This document shows, in pieces, positions 22,973 through 31,492 of a stretch of DNA of 64,000 nucleotides. Positions within the stretch are counted from its first letter, which is position 1. The number at the start of each line of letters is the position of its first letter. Position numbers and translations under genes: made by a program. The notes beneath the pieces are model-generated. The model had not been told where the DNA came from, ran no database searches, and saw only the letters and a list, made by a program, of their open reading frames with translations. The stretch is from Patescibacteria group bacterium (GTDB taxonomy: Bacteria > Patescibacteriota > Patescibacteriia > UBA9934 > GWF2-40-263), in the NCBI GenBank assembly GCA_041661745.1, contig JBAZTR010000002.1, forward strand, positions 68,368 to 132,367, in the 5' to 3' direction.

Positions 22973-23611
22973 ATGCCCTTCCTTCTTATCGACAAGCCGG
23001 TCGGTCCAACTTCACACGATATTGTTGACCAAGTCCGCCGAATAACCGGCGAACGTCGTGTCGGCCACGCCGGAACACTGGATCCCTTTGCCAGTGGTCT
23101 TTTAATTGTCGCTGTCGGCCGCGAATCAACCAAGGAATTGAGTAAATTCGTTGGCCTTGGCAAGGTTTACGAAGCGACCTTTATTTTGGGCGGATCAAGT
23201 GATACTGATGACCGTACTGGTAAAATAACGCCGGTACCCTTACCGCCTGGCTTAACTGAGGAGAAGATAAAAACAGCTATTGGCAAATTCATTGGTGAAA
23301 TCGAACAAATTCCACCAGCCTACGCAGCCATAAAAATTGGCGGCAAAAAAATGTACGAAGCGGCCCGCGAAGGCAAACCACTGGAGGCAAAAGCCAGGCC
23401 AGTGACGATTTTTGAGTACGATCTAACTTCCACACCGCTCGTGAAAACCGATACGGTAGAAATCCGTGTATACATAAAATGTTCGTCAGGCACCTACATC
23501 CGAGCCCTGGCTCGCGACCTTGGTCAAGCCTTGGGGACTGGCGGGTATGTCTCGGAACTAAGGCGAACAGCCATCGGACAATATAAGGTAGAGGACGCAA
23601 AAACCCTGTAA
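22973..23611 (+). CDS. truB: tRNA pseudouridine(55) synthase
   Basis: LLIDKPVGPTSHDIV...GHAGTLDPFASGLL catalytic Asp motif. Confidence 0.85.
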   Translation: MPFLLIDKPVGPTSHDIVDQVRRITGERRVGHAGTLDPFASGLLIVAVGRESTKELSKFVGLGKVYEATFILGGSSDTDDRTGKITPVPLPPGLTEEKIKTAIGKFIGEIEQIPPAYAAIKIGGKKMYEAAREGKPLEAKARPVTIFEYDLTSTPLVKTDTVEIRVYIKCSSGTYIRALARDLGQALGTGGYVSELRRTAIGQYKVEDAKTL

Positions 23612-23867
23612 AATCACCCCTTGCTCAAAGGATGATTTTATGAGATAATAAAAGCGTAAAAAATAATTTTCAGTATCCAGACAGAAGTTTTCGTCAATAC
23701 GCTTTTAACCATGCTTTCCAAACCTTGGAAATAAATATGATGCGCGCTAATCCGCTAATTAAAGCCGATTTACCCAGACCGCTAGCCGCGACATCTTTTT
23801 TGTTATAAACCCGAGTTAGGAAAAAATAAGCGTTTTTATGGAACTTCTTGGATACCAAGAGGTTTTT

Positions 23868-25406
23868 ATGTTAACAACTGACAATCTCCTTATCATCGCC
23901 GCGGCGATGGGGGTTGCCCTGGGATTCGTCATTGGTTATTTCCTCCGTCGTTTCATTGCCCACAAGGCCGTGCAAAACGCCGAAGTAAGAGCGGAAAAAA
24001 CCATTGCCGATGCCAAGGCCAAACAGCAAGAAATGATCCTTGAGGCCAAAGAAAAATCCCTCAAGATTATCGACGAAGCTAAACAAGAGGAAACAACTCG
24101 TCGTCACGAACTGCAAGAAACGCAAAAACGTTTGGAAAAACGCGAAGCGACCTTTGACCAAAAAATTCTTGATCTTGAAGACAAGAAAAACAAGCTGGAA
24201 GAAAAAACCAAACAGGTCGAGGAAATCAAAAAGAAAATTTTAGAGTTGCGTGATCAAGAAACCACTAAACTTCAAGAAGTCGCCGGCTTAACCAAAGAGC
24301 AAGCTCAAGAACGTTTATTGAAAGCCATCGAGGAAACCAATCAAGAAGCATTACTTAGTCGTTTGCGCAAAATGGAACAAGCCACCGAAGAAGAGTTAGA
24401 ACGCGAATCGCGCAAACTTATTTCTTTGGCTATTACCCGCTTTGCCGCGCCGCAGGCTGTGGAAACCACAACTGTGGCCGTGTCTTTGCCGTCGGATGAA
24501 ATGAAAGGCCGCATCATTGGTAAAGAAGGTCGCAACATTAAAGCCATCGAACTCTTAACTGGTACAGAAATCATTGTCGACGAAACACCAGAAATGATTA
24601 CCGTCAGCGGCTTCTCGCCTATTCGCCGTCAGGTGGCCAAATTAGCTTTGGAAATGCTTATCAAAGATGGCCGTATTCAACCGGCTCGTATTGAGGAAGC
24701 AATTACTGAAGCCAAAAAACAATTATCACAAGAAATCAAAAAAGCCGGCGAAGAAGCTTTGTACGCTTTGGGTATTCCGGTTTCCTCCATTGATCCTAAA
24801 CTGGTTTCCATTCTTGGCCGCTTAAAGTATCGCACGAGTTATGGCCAGAATGTTCTGCAACACTCCATTGAAGTGGCCCAACTCGCCGCGGCCATGGCCG
24901 AAGAGCTTGGCGCTGATGTCGCCATTTGTAAAAAAGGCGGTATCTTCCACGATATTGGCAAAGCTGTTGACCACGACATGCAAGGGGCTCACCCGGAGAT
25001 TGGCTACAACATCATGAAGAAGTTTGGCCTGCCGGAAGAAATTTGTTATCAATCGGTCGCCCACCACGAGGATCGCCCGCGCACCATTGAAGCCGCTTTG
25101 ATTAAAGCCGGTGACGCTATCAGTGGCGCCAGACCAGGGGCTCGTAAACAATCTTTGGAACAATTCATCCAGCGTATGGAAGAGCTGGAAAAAACCGCTT
25201 CGACTTTTGAAGGTGTTGAAAAGGCTTACGCTATTCAAGCTGGCCGCGAAGTCCGGGTCTTTATTCAACCGGAAAAAATTAACGACATGGAATCGTATCA
25301 ACTGGCCAAAGACATTGCCACTAAAATTGAAAGCGAACTGCAGTATCCCGGTGAAATTAAAGTGACGGTAATTAGGGAAACCCGCGTCATTGAATACGCT
25401 AGATAA
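23868..25406 (+). CDS. rny: Ribonuclease Y
   Basis: N-terminal TM helix, long coiled-coil, KH domain (GKEGRNIKAIE) and HD domain (HHED...). AAGAGG Shine-Dalgarno 7 nt upstream of the chosen ATG. Confidence 0.85.
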   Translation: MLTTDNLLIIAAAMGVALGFVIGYFLRRFIAHKAVQNAEVRAEKTIADAKAKQQEMILEAKEKSLKIIDEAKQEETTRRHELQETQKRLEKREATFDQKILDLEDKKNKLEEKTKQVEEIKKKILELRDQETTKLQEVAGLTKEQAQERLLKAIEETNQEALLSRLRKMEQATEEELERESRKLISLAITRFAAPQAVETTTVAVSLPSDEMKGRIIGKEGRNIKAIELLTGTEIIVDETPEMITVSGFSPIRRQVAKLALEMLIKDGRIQPARIEEAITEAKKQLSQEIKKAGEEALYALGIPVSSIDPKLVSILGRLKYRTSYGQNVLQHSIEVAQLAAAMAEELGADVAICKKGGIFHDIGKAVDHDMQGAHPEIGYNIMKKFGLPEEICYQSVAHHEDRPRTIEAALIKAGDAISGARPGARKQSLEQFIQRMEELEKTASTFEGVEKAYAIQAGREVRVFIQPEKINDMESYQLAKDIATKIESELQYPGEIKVTVIRETRVIEYAR

Positions 25407-25446
25407 AATGCAGGGGCGGACATTCGTTCGCCCCTCATTTAAAAAT

Positions 25447-26247
25447 ATGAAGATATTAATGTTTGGCGACACGATTGGAAAAATTGGTCGTGAAACCGTC
25501 AAAAAAATTCTCCCCGATCTGCGCGCCGAGTTTCAACCAGACTTCGTTATCATGAACGCGGAAAATTTGGCCCACGGTTTTGGTATTACTAAAAAAATTA
25601 TTTTAGAAATGATCGAGGCCGGCGTTGACGCCTTCACTTCCGGCAACCATGTCTTGGCCAACCCCAGTTGTGACGAGGTTTTTGCTGATCCGGAATTAAA
25701 AAAACTTGTTCTTAGACCGTATAATATTCCCCACCAAAGTGGAGCAGGTTATTCAGTCGTAGAAAAAAACGGTAAAAAAATTCTGCTTGCCAGTTTGTCC
25801 GGAAATGTTTTTATGGAAGATAAAGCTGCCAGTAACTTTATTGTGGCGGCTGATGAAATTTTAGAAAAGACTAGGGGCGAAAAAATTGCTGCCAAGCTTT
25901 TCGACTTCCACGCCGAAGCAACCTCAGAAAAAGCTGTCCTTGGTCTATACCTCGATGGCCGCATTTCGGCCTTTGTCGGCACACACACCCACGTTCCAAC
26001 AGCTGATGAAAGACTTTTACCTAAAGGTACAGCTTTTGTTTCTGACATTGGTATGGTTGGGGCGCACAATCAAGCAATCGGTGGAGCATACGAACCGATC
26101 TTGGTCGGTATGAGGGTTGGTGAGCTCGGTAAGTTCGAGGTCCCAGAATCGGGCCCGGTCGAAGTGAATGCCATCCTTATTGAAATTGACGAAGAAACCG
26201 GATTGGCCAAGGGTATAAAAAGGGTACGGAAGACCTTGACACTTTGA
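25447..26247 (+). CDS. ymdB: YmdB-like 2',3'-cyclic-nucleotide phosphodiesterase (calcineurin-like metallophosphoesterase)
   Basis: MKILMFGDTIGKIGRE...NAENLAHGFG...GNH... matches B. subtilis YmdB. The rny-ymdB arrangement is conserved in Firmicutes. Confidence 0.7.
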   Translation: MKILMFGDTIGKIGRETVKKILPDLRAEFQPDFVIMNAENLAHGFGITKKIILEMIEAGVDAFTSGNHVLANPSCDEVFADPELKKLVLRPYNIPHQSGAGYSVVEKNGKKILLASLSGNVFMEDKAASNFIVAADEILEKTRGEKIAAKLFDFHAEATSEKAVLGLYLDGRISAFVGTHTHVPTADERLLPKGTAFVSDIGMVGAHNQAIGGAYEPILVGMRVGELGKFEVPESGPVEVNAILIEIDEETGLAKGIKRVRKTLTL

Positions 26248-26293
26248 AGACTTTTTGGCTATACTATCAATAGAAATAAACATTCTCCTCAAT

Positions 26294-26629
26294 ATGAACA
26301 AAGCAGAATTGGCCCTTAAAATTTCCGAAAAATTGAACATTGCCAAAAAGCAGGCCGAAGATTTTGTCGAGGCTTTTGACGACATCGTTACCAACACCTT
26401 GGTGAATGATGGCGAAGTCACTATTGCTGGATTTGGCACCTTCTCGGCTCGCGTCCGTCGCGGTCGTGCTGGGGTTAATCCACAAAACCCAACAGAGAAA
26501 ATCCAAATTCCTTCAGTTAAGGTTCCAAAATTCAAAGCTGGTAAATCATTAAAAGATGCTTTAAAGGGCAAAACCGCCAAACCGGCCACTGCCCCGGCCC
26601 CGGAAACTCCAGTTGCACCGGCCATTTAA
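26294..26629 (+). CDS. hup: HU family DNA-binding protein with Ala/Pro-rich C-terminal tail
   Basis: MNKAELALKISEKLNIAKKQAEDFVEAF...GFGTFSARVRRGRAGVNPQNPTEKIQIP is the HU/IHF fold signature. Confidence 0.85.
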   Translation: MNKAELALKISEKLNIAKKQAEDFVEAFDDIVTNTLVNDGEVTIAGFGTFSARVRRGRAGVNPQNPTEKIQIPSVKVPKFKAGKSLKDALKGKTAKPATAPAPETPVAPAI

Positions 26630-26640
26630 ATAGAATAGAA

Positions 26641-26676
26641 AAAAGAGAGTCTGAGAAGGCTCTCTTTTAGTTTTCA
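26641..26676. terminator. Bidirectional terminator between hup (+) and the MFS transporter gene (-)
   Basis: aaaAGAGAGtctgagaaggCTCTCTtttagtttt. Confidence 0.6.
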
Positions 26677-27861
26677 GACACGCGGCCTGAAGAGATACAG
26701 AACCAAAGCTCCGGCCACCATGAGGCTGCCACAAATCATCCAGACCGTGGCAATAGTCGTGTTGTCACTCGGTGCTTGACGCAGACTAAACCACACCACG
26801 AAGGGAGTAACAGCAAAACCCAAACGGCCGAGGAGCGACTGAAGCGAGCTAAAGGTCGCCCGATACGAACTTTCCACGCGATGATGAATGAAGACGTCGG
26901 AAAGTGGCTCGAAGATACCGCGGCCAAGTTCATGGATGATCACCATAGGCAGAACGAAACCCCAACCTCCGAAGACTGGAATCAGTGCCATGCCGATGCC
27001 GCTCATGGCCAAGGCGATGAGAATGCCTGACTCTTCCCGTCCGTTCAAAACACGGCGGCTTCTCACGACAAAACCAGCAATCGGCACGGCCGGATACATA
27101 ACCAGCCAAGCAATGGAACCGCCTGATGGCCCGAAGAGCTCGTTGAAGTAAACGGCCCAGTAGTGATTGAAGGAAACCACCAAACCGAAAACAATCATAC
27201 TCGCGGCCACCCACACCAGGGCGCGACTCTGGCAAAGAAGAGTGAAGCTTTGCTTCAACGCTTCGAGCTCGGAAATCTTTTCCTCGGGCTCGCCGTGACC
27301 ATTCATACGATACTTGGCCAGCCACCAGACGAAAATTCCACTAACTACCAGCGGCAACCAAACGAAGTGCAACCCGATTGACTGGGCCAGAGTGTTGGCA
27401 AGAAGAGCGACAACGAACAAGACCGAACCATGAATAACTTTATCCATGGCAAAAGCTTTTTTGGTCGCGTGCTTCAACTCGTCATCGATCAAGCCGGAAC
27501 ACTTCAGCGAATCAACCATCCAGGCCTGCTTGGCTCCGGACATGAAAGCGCCGCCCACACCGACCAAGGCCTCGGCCAACATGGCGCTCCACAAACCTTC
27601 GGCAAAAAAGTAGGTGAGCGCACCAACGGCGTAGAAAAGACCGGACATGCCAATCGACCATGAACGACTGCGGCCATCGGCCAAGGCGCCGGTTGGAAGT
27701 TCAGCACAAATAACCGTGACCCAAAAAATCGTGTTGATCAAACTAAACTCGGCGTAAGACAAACCGAGCGAAGCCATGAATGGGCCATAAGCAACACAGG
27801 TGGCGCCCATGCCAACAGCCAGTGCGGCCGACAGAAGGTAGTACATTGATTGGGGACGCAT
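26674..27861 (-). CDS. Major facilitator superfamily transporter
   Basis: About 12 predicted TM helices. Conserved MFS loop-like motif GALADGRSRSW. Moderately GC-rich relative to flanks. Confidence 0.7.
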   Translation of the reverse strand: MRPQSMYYLLSAALAVGMGATCVAYGPFMASLGLSYAEFSLINTIFWVTVICAELPTGALADGRSRSWSIGMSGLFYAVGALTYFFAEGLWSAMLAEALVGVGGAFMSGAKQAWMVDSLKCSGLIDDELKHATKKAFAMDKVIHGSVLFVVALLANTLAQSIGLHFVWLPLVVSGIFVWWLAKYRMNGHGEPEEKISELEALKQSFTLLCQSRALVWVAASMIVFGLVVSFNHYWAVYFNELFGPSGGSIAWLVMYPAVPIAGFVVRSRRVLNGREESGILIALAMSGIGMALIPVFGGWGFVLPMVIIHELGRGIFEPLSDVFIHHRVESSYRATFSSLQSLLGRLGFAVTPFVVWFSLRQAPSDNTTIATVWMICGSLMVAGALVLYLFRPRV

Positions 27862-27888
27862 AATCGACTCCTTGGGGCGAATTAAAAC

Positions 27889-27909
27889 AACCCGGGGATT
27901 TCCCGGGTT
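27889..27909. promoter_or_regulatory. Perfect palindrome AACCCGGGGAtttCCCGGGTT in the 5' region of the MFS transporter gene; candidate operator
   Basis: 9-bp arms with a 3-bp spacer. Located between a TTGACA-like -35 element (complement of 27938-27943) and the AAGGAG Shine-Dalgarno of the transporter. Confidence 0.5.
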
Positions 27910-28143
27910 GCTTAGAAATTGATTTAATTTAACTACGTGTCAAAAAAATCAGTGGCCGACAACCCGAGAAACGCAAAACTTCGCCAATACCGATAACAGT
28001 ATTGAAGTGGTAAGACATTTTCGGATTGTGCCAACAATTATTCATAATTCTAGTCCGCTTTGGACTACATCTATATAGTCGTTCGGACCAGGCAAAGTAT
28101 CACATTTGGTTAAAAATAGCAATGATACAATCAAAAAACCGCC

Positions 28144-28166
28144 ATCCCTAGGCGGTTTTGATTTTA
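28144..28166. terminator. Bidirectional intrinsic terminator after the lipoprotein gene
   Basis: aaaaaaCCGCCatccctagGCGGttttgatttt. Confidence 0.6.
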
Positions 28167-28170
28167 ATCT

Positions 28171-28725
28171 CTATTCGGAAACTTTTGTTATCGTTTCAAA
28201 AATCGGTTTAAATACTTCTTCCTCGCCCAAAATAACAGAAACAACAATTAAATCTTCTCCGTTCTGAAACAGATAATGAGTTTTATCCATTCCAATAGCC
28301 GTGGTGCTGATCATTTTTTTCATGGCAATTCCGCCCTGGGTTACATCGGTTATTTCCCCAATGGCAATATTCCCTTGATCAGAAGCCTGAAGCGCTTCGG
28401 AAAACTGTTCGACACTGACATTTTTAAAAGCGTAAAAAAGAGCAAGTGTTGCTGGACCCTCTCCTTCACGACTAATGTCGCGAATGGACACAAAAAATTT
28501 TCCATTCAAACCAGCATAAGTCGAATCTTGGTCTTCGCTTGGACGCTCACGCAGCTCCATGGTGTCTGGATATGAAACAGCAAAATTGTAAGCAGTGTCA
28601 GAATAAGTTGTCCAACCGCTTGGAACATGAACCTTGGGGCTGCCACCACCAAATTTTTGACAACCAAAAGCCGTTAGAGTTAAGGCGATTAAAACTAGAG
28701 GTAAAAAATAAAGGATCTTTTTCAT
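28171..28725 (-). CDS. Lipoprotein, hypothetical
   Basis: Start at internal Met MKKILYFLPLVLIALTLTAFGC, giving a signal peptide plus lipobox. The N-terminal extension in the ORF track overlaps tRNA-Arg and is not coding. Confidence 0.5.
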   Translation of the reverse strand: MKKILYFLPLVLIALTLTAFGCQKFGGGSPKVHVPSGWTTYSDTAYNFAVSYPDTMELRERPSEDQDSTYAGLNGKFFVSIRDISREGEGPATLALFYAFKNVSVEQFSEALQASDQGNIAIGEITDVTQGGIAMKKMISTTAIGMDKTHYLFQNGEDLIVVSVILGEEEVFKPIFETITKVSE

Positions 28726-28763
28726 AAAACCGATTTTGGATATAAATAATTTTATTTTATCGC

Positions 28764-28838
28764 TGGTGCGCCTGGAGGGAATTGAACCCCCATTGCTAGT
28801 TCCGAAGACTAGCGCTCTATCCATTGAGCTACAGGCGC
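28764..28838 (-). tRNA. tRNA-Arg (anticodon TCG)
   Basis: Reverse complement GCGCCTGtaGCTCaatggatAGAGCgCTAGTcttcggaACTAGcaatGGGGGttcaattCCTCCCAGGCGCaCCA: clean cloverleaf, anticodon loop CTTCGGA. Confidence 0.85.
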
Positions 28839-28891
28839 GAAATGAGGAACATAAACACGTCACTTTTCCCCCACTAAGAATACGTGAAATC

Positions 28892-28920
28892 TTGACTCGC
28901 GTCAATGATTATGACATAAT
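28892..28920 (+). promoter_or_regulatory. Candidate promoter of tRNA-Lys (TTGACT-17-CATAAT)
   Basis: cTTGACTcgcgtcaatgattatgaCATAATttttcc; the tRNA starts about 18 nt downstream. Confidence 0.5.
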
Positions 28921-28938
28921 TTTTCCGTTGGAAAAAAT

Positions 28939-29015
28939 GCGCGCATAGCTCAGCCCGGTAGAGCAGGTGGCTCTTAACCACTTGGTCGAGGGTTCAAATC
29001 CCCCTGCGCGCACCA
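28939..29015 (+). tRNA. tRNA-Lys (anticodon CTT)
   Basis: GCGCGCAtaGCTCagcccggtaGAGCaGGTGGctcttaaCCACTtggtcGAGGGttcaaatCCCCCTGCGCGCaCCA. Confidence 0.85.
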
Positions 29016-29040
29016 AAAAAATCTCTGTGAAATCAGGGAT

Positions 29041-29100
29041 TTTTTTAAAAACTTTTCCTTCACTTCTCCTCCCTTTAACTCCCTTTCCTCCCCTTCGAAT
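29041..29100. repeat. Pyrimidine-rich periodic tract (CCTTC / CCCTTT units) downstream of tRNA-Lys, overlapping the queH 3' end
   Basis: ccttcacttctcctccctttaactccctttcctccccttcg. Its complement is GAAGGG / AAGGGAG periodic, the same unit family as the leuS and ugd leader repeats. Confidence 0.4.
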
Positions 29101-29659
29101 AAACACACCCACAATAATGTTGATGATAAATTCCCAGTTCCTTGCCGCGTTTTTGCGATTCCATTTCCCCGCCCTGTTTTTTAAAGTCGCCAGCTAAAAA
29201 TTTTATTCCAATCTCGGCGGCGATTTTTTCGCCAATCGGATTAATAATCGCGGCTGGTTTAAAACGACCGACGGTTAAGGTGGTGGCGAAATAATCGAAA
29301 CCTAGTTTTTTGGCTTCTTCAGCCGTGCGTCTCAAACGAAGTTCAAAACAAAGAGGACAGCGCGCTCCGCCCTCGCGCTCGTTCGCAAACCCGCGAACTC
29401 TTTCGAACCAAACCTTGGGGTCGTACTCACCTTCGATCATCGGAAGTTTCAAAAATTCCGACATTTGTTTTACAGCCTCACGACGGTGTTCATATTCCTC
29501 GCATGGATGAATGTTGGGATTGAAATAAAAAATTGTCACAGTAAAATCCTGCGACAATTTTTCAGGAAGCCAAGCGCCGCAAATTCCGCAGCAAGTATGA
29601 AGCAGCAACTTTGGTTTTTCCACATTTAAAAATTTTAAGCGGCTTTTCTTTTTTCCCAA
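29075..29659 (-). CDS. queH: Epoxyqueuosine reductase QueH (DUF208 family)
   Basis: LLLHTCCGICG, FYFNPNIHPCEEYEHR, RCPLCFELRL and FATTLTVGRFK motifs. Overlaps the upstream small ORF by 25 nt. Confidence 0.65.
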   Translation of the reverse strand: MGKKKSRLKFLNVEKPKLLLHTCCGICGAWLPEKLSQDFTVTIFYFNPNIHPCEEYEHRREAVKQMSEFLKLPMIEGEYDPKVWFERVRGFANEREGGARCPLCFELRLRRTAEEAKKLGFDYFATTLTVGRFKPAAIINPIGEKIAAEIGIKFLAGDFKKQGGEMESQKRGKELGIYHQHYCGCVYSKGRKGS

Positions 29660-29910
29660 TTCACCTCTTTACCTAGTAGTTCGGTTGAGACACCGGAAGT
29701 ATAGGCATCCAAAACTCTCCCAACCTCGCCGGCCGGCAAATCAACAAATTTTTCTTTAAGTATTCCAGCGATCAAACCCTTCGCGTCGGCTCGGGTTATT
29801 CCTTTTTTTCTCATTGCGTCATAAAGTTGAGCAATCGCTTCCGCCGGGTTATCAGTTTCCGGAACTCGTAGACTCGATCCCCGCTCTGGTGAATATCCTT
29901 CTCTAAACAT
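29635..29910 (-). CDS. Hypothetical small protein (91 aa) in the rnc-queH operon
   Basis: Only ORF in the gap between rnc and queH, codirectional. No recognisable motif. Confidence 0.3.
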   Translation of the reverse strand: MFREGYSPERGSSLRVPETDNPAEAIAQLYDAMRKKGITRADAKGLIAGILKEKFVDLPAGEVGRVLDAYTSGVSTELLGKEVNWEKRKAA

Positions 29911-29947
29911 ATGGTTAAAAAAAATTACTAATAATTATTAATATTTT

Positions 29948-30637
29948 TTACCAATCTTTTGTTTTTAAAGCTTCCGCGGCCGCCGCTACCTGAGCTTCAT
30001 GTTTCGAGGTTCCGTAACCTTTGGCCACAAGCTCTTTGTTAATGTAAACACCAATTTCAAACTTTTTATTATGGTCCGGGCCCTCTTCGGATAGTACCTT
30101 ATAATTTGGCGTTACGCCAACCCGTTCCTGAGCCGCTTCCTGGAAACGACTCTTGGGATCAATGTGTAATTGGTCACGCAGAATCTCCGGTAACTTTATC
30201 AAAACCGTACGATGAATAAAGTCCTTTGCTTCGTCCCATCCAAGATCCAGATAAATTGAACCGATTACCGCCTCGATAGCATTGGCCAAAATATATCGTC
30301 TGGCTTTGGAGGCTTTGTCTTTTGCTTCACCTTTAGAAAGGTAAAGAAATTCTTCTACATTAAGGCCGTCACAAATAACTGCCATCATGTCGGCATTGAC
30401 CAAGGCCGCCCGCCAGTTGGTGAGTTCACCTTCGGGGTTCTCGTAATTCTTATATAAGAATTCCGTTACCACCAATTCAAGAACAGCATCGCCGAGAAAT
30501 TCCAATCGTTCGTTGTGACCCAGACGAAAGTCGGGGTGCTCGTTTAGGTAAGAGCGGTGAACAAGCGCTTGACGTAACGTGTCCTTATCTTTGAACGTGA
30601 CGCCAAGAGTCTGCTCAAGCTTCTTCAAATCGTTCAT
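29948..30637 (-). CDS. rnc: Ribonuclease III
   Basis: [15 protein letters not shown] RNase III signature plus C-terminal dsRBD. Confidence 0.9.
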   Translation of the reverse strand: MNDLKKLEQTLGVTFKDKDTLRQALVHRSYLNEHPDFRLGHNERLEFLGDAVLELVVTEFLYKNYENPEGELTNWRAALVNADMMAVICDGLNVEEFLYLSKGEAKDKASKARRYILANAIEAVIGSIYLDLGWDEAKDFIHRTVLIKLPEILRDQLHIDPKSRFQEAAQERVGVTPNYKVLSEEGPDHNKKFEIGVYINKELVAKGYGTSKHEAQVAAAAEALKTKDW

Positions 30638-31125
30638 AATTGTTCTTTTTTATCTTCGTTATCGTTTTCTTTTTTTGGTGGATTAATATCAACCTCTTTT
30701 ATTTCGCCTTTGGCTACAACATCTTTATAAATTGCGCCAAGGACGCCGTTGACGAACTTTCCCGAAGCATCGCCGCCGAAACTTTTGGCCAATTCAATGG
30801 CTTCGTTGATAGCCACTTTGGAGGGCACGCCCGGTGAAAATTTTAATTCGTAAGTGCCGAGCCGTAAAATATTGCGATCCATGCAGGTCATGGATTGGAG
30901 TGGCCACTCCGGAGCGAACTGAACAATAATTTCATCGATTGTCGCCATGTTTTTAATGACCCCGTCAATCGTTTCCTTAACATAACCGGCGTCGTCAAAA
31001 TTCGGAGCAAATTCGGCGCGGTCATACGAAATAATATCATCGAGTTTGTCGGTTGGCTGACCGTTAAAATCCCATTGATAGAGCGATTGCATGACTAAGG
31101 TACGCGCAAGGTGACGGTTGGACAT
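30634..31125 (-). CDS. nusB: Transcription antitermination factor NusB with acidic C-terminal tail
   Basis: [20 protein letters not shown] is the NusB N-terminus. 4-nt overlap with rnc. Confidence 0.8.
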   Translation of the reverse strand: MSNRHLARTLVMQSLYQWDFNGQPTDKLDDIISYDRAEFAPNFDDAGYVKETIDGVIKNMATIDEIIVQFAPEWPLQSMTCMDRNILRLGTYELKFSPGVPSKVAINEAIELAKSFGGDASGKFVNGVLGAIYKDVVAKGEIKEVDINPPKKENDNEDKKEQL

Positions 31126-31165
31126 AAAGAACAAAAAAAGAGGCAAAAATTGCCTCTGTTATAAA

Positions 31166-31381
31166 TTATTTTTTGGTTGTCTTCTTAACCAAACGCTTGG
31201 CGGCGCGGGTGGTGTCGACAACTTTTTTGCCTTTGTAAGAACCGCAAGCCTTGCAAGCGCGGTGTGGCAAGACAGCAACGCCGCAAGCTTCGCATTTGTT
31301 GATGGAGAGTTTTTTAAGAGCAAAATGCGCGGCTCGACGACGCTTGTCCGAACTAGTTCGGCGATGACCAGGAAGTCCCAT
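31166..31381 (-). CDS. rpmF: 50S ribosomal protein L32
   Basis: RRTSSDKRRRAAHFALK...CEACG...HRACKACGSYKG is the L32 pattern. Confidence 0.75.
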   Translation of the reverse strand: MGLPGHRRTSSDKRRRAAHFALKKLSINKCEACGVAVLPHRACKACGSYKGKKVVDTTRAAKRLVKKTTKK

Positions 31382-31421
31382 AGTGATTTTTAATGAAGAT
31401 TAGTTAATACTGCTGGTTATC

Positions 31422-31450
31422 ATTGTAGCAAAAATAAGAAGATAAGTCAA
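31422..31450 (-). promoter_or_regulatory. Strong sigma70-type promoter of the rpmF-nusB-rnc-queH operon (TTGACT-17-TACAAT)
   Basis: Minus-strand reading gTTGACTtatcttcttatttttgcTACAATgataacc, about 40 nt upstream of the rpmF ATG. Confidence 0.55.
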
Positions 31451-31489
31451 CAAAACCCCGCCGTTCGCGAACGGCGGGGTTCTAAAAAC
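31451..31489 (-). terminator. Intrinsic terminator after gyrA
   Basis: CCCCGCCGTTCGCGAACGGCGGGG: perfect 10-bp stem followed by TTTTGTT on the minus strand. Confidence 0.7.
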
Positions 31490-31492
31490 CAT

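Noticed and set aside
23612-23837. Possible 23-aa micro-ORF (MMRANPLIKADLPRPLAATSFLL) or sRNA in the truB-rny spacer
   Set aside because: Too short and without a ribosome-binding site. The region is more simply the rny promoter and leader.
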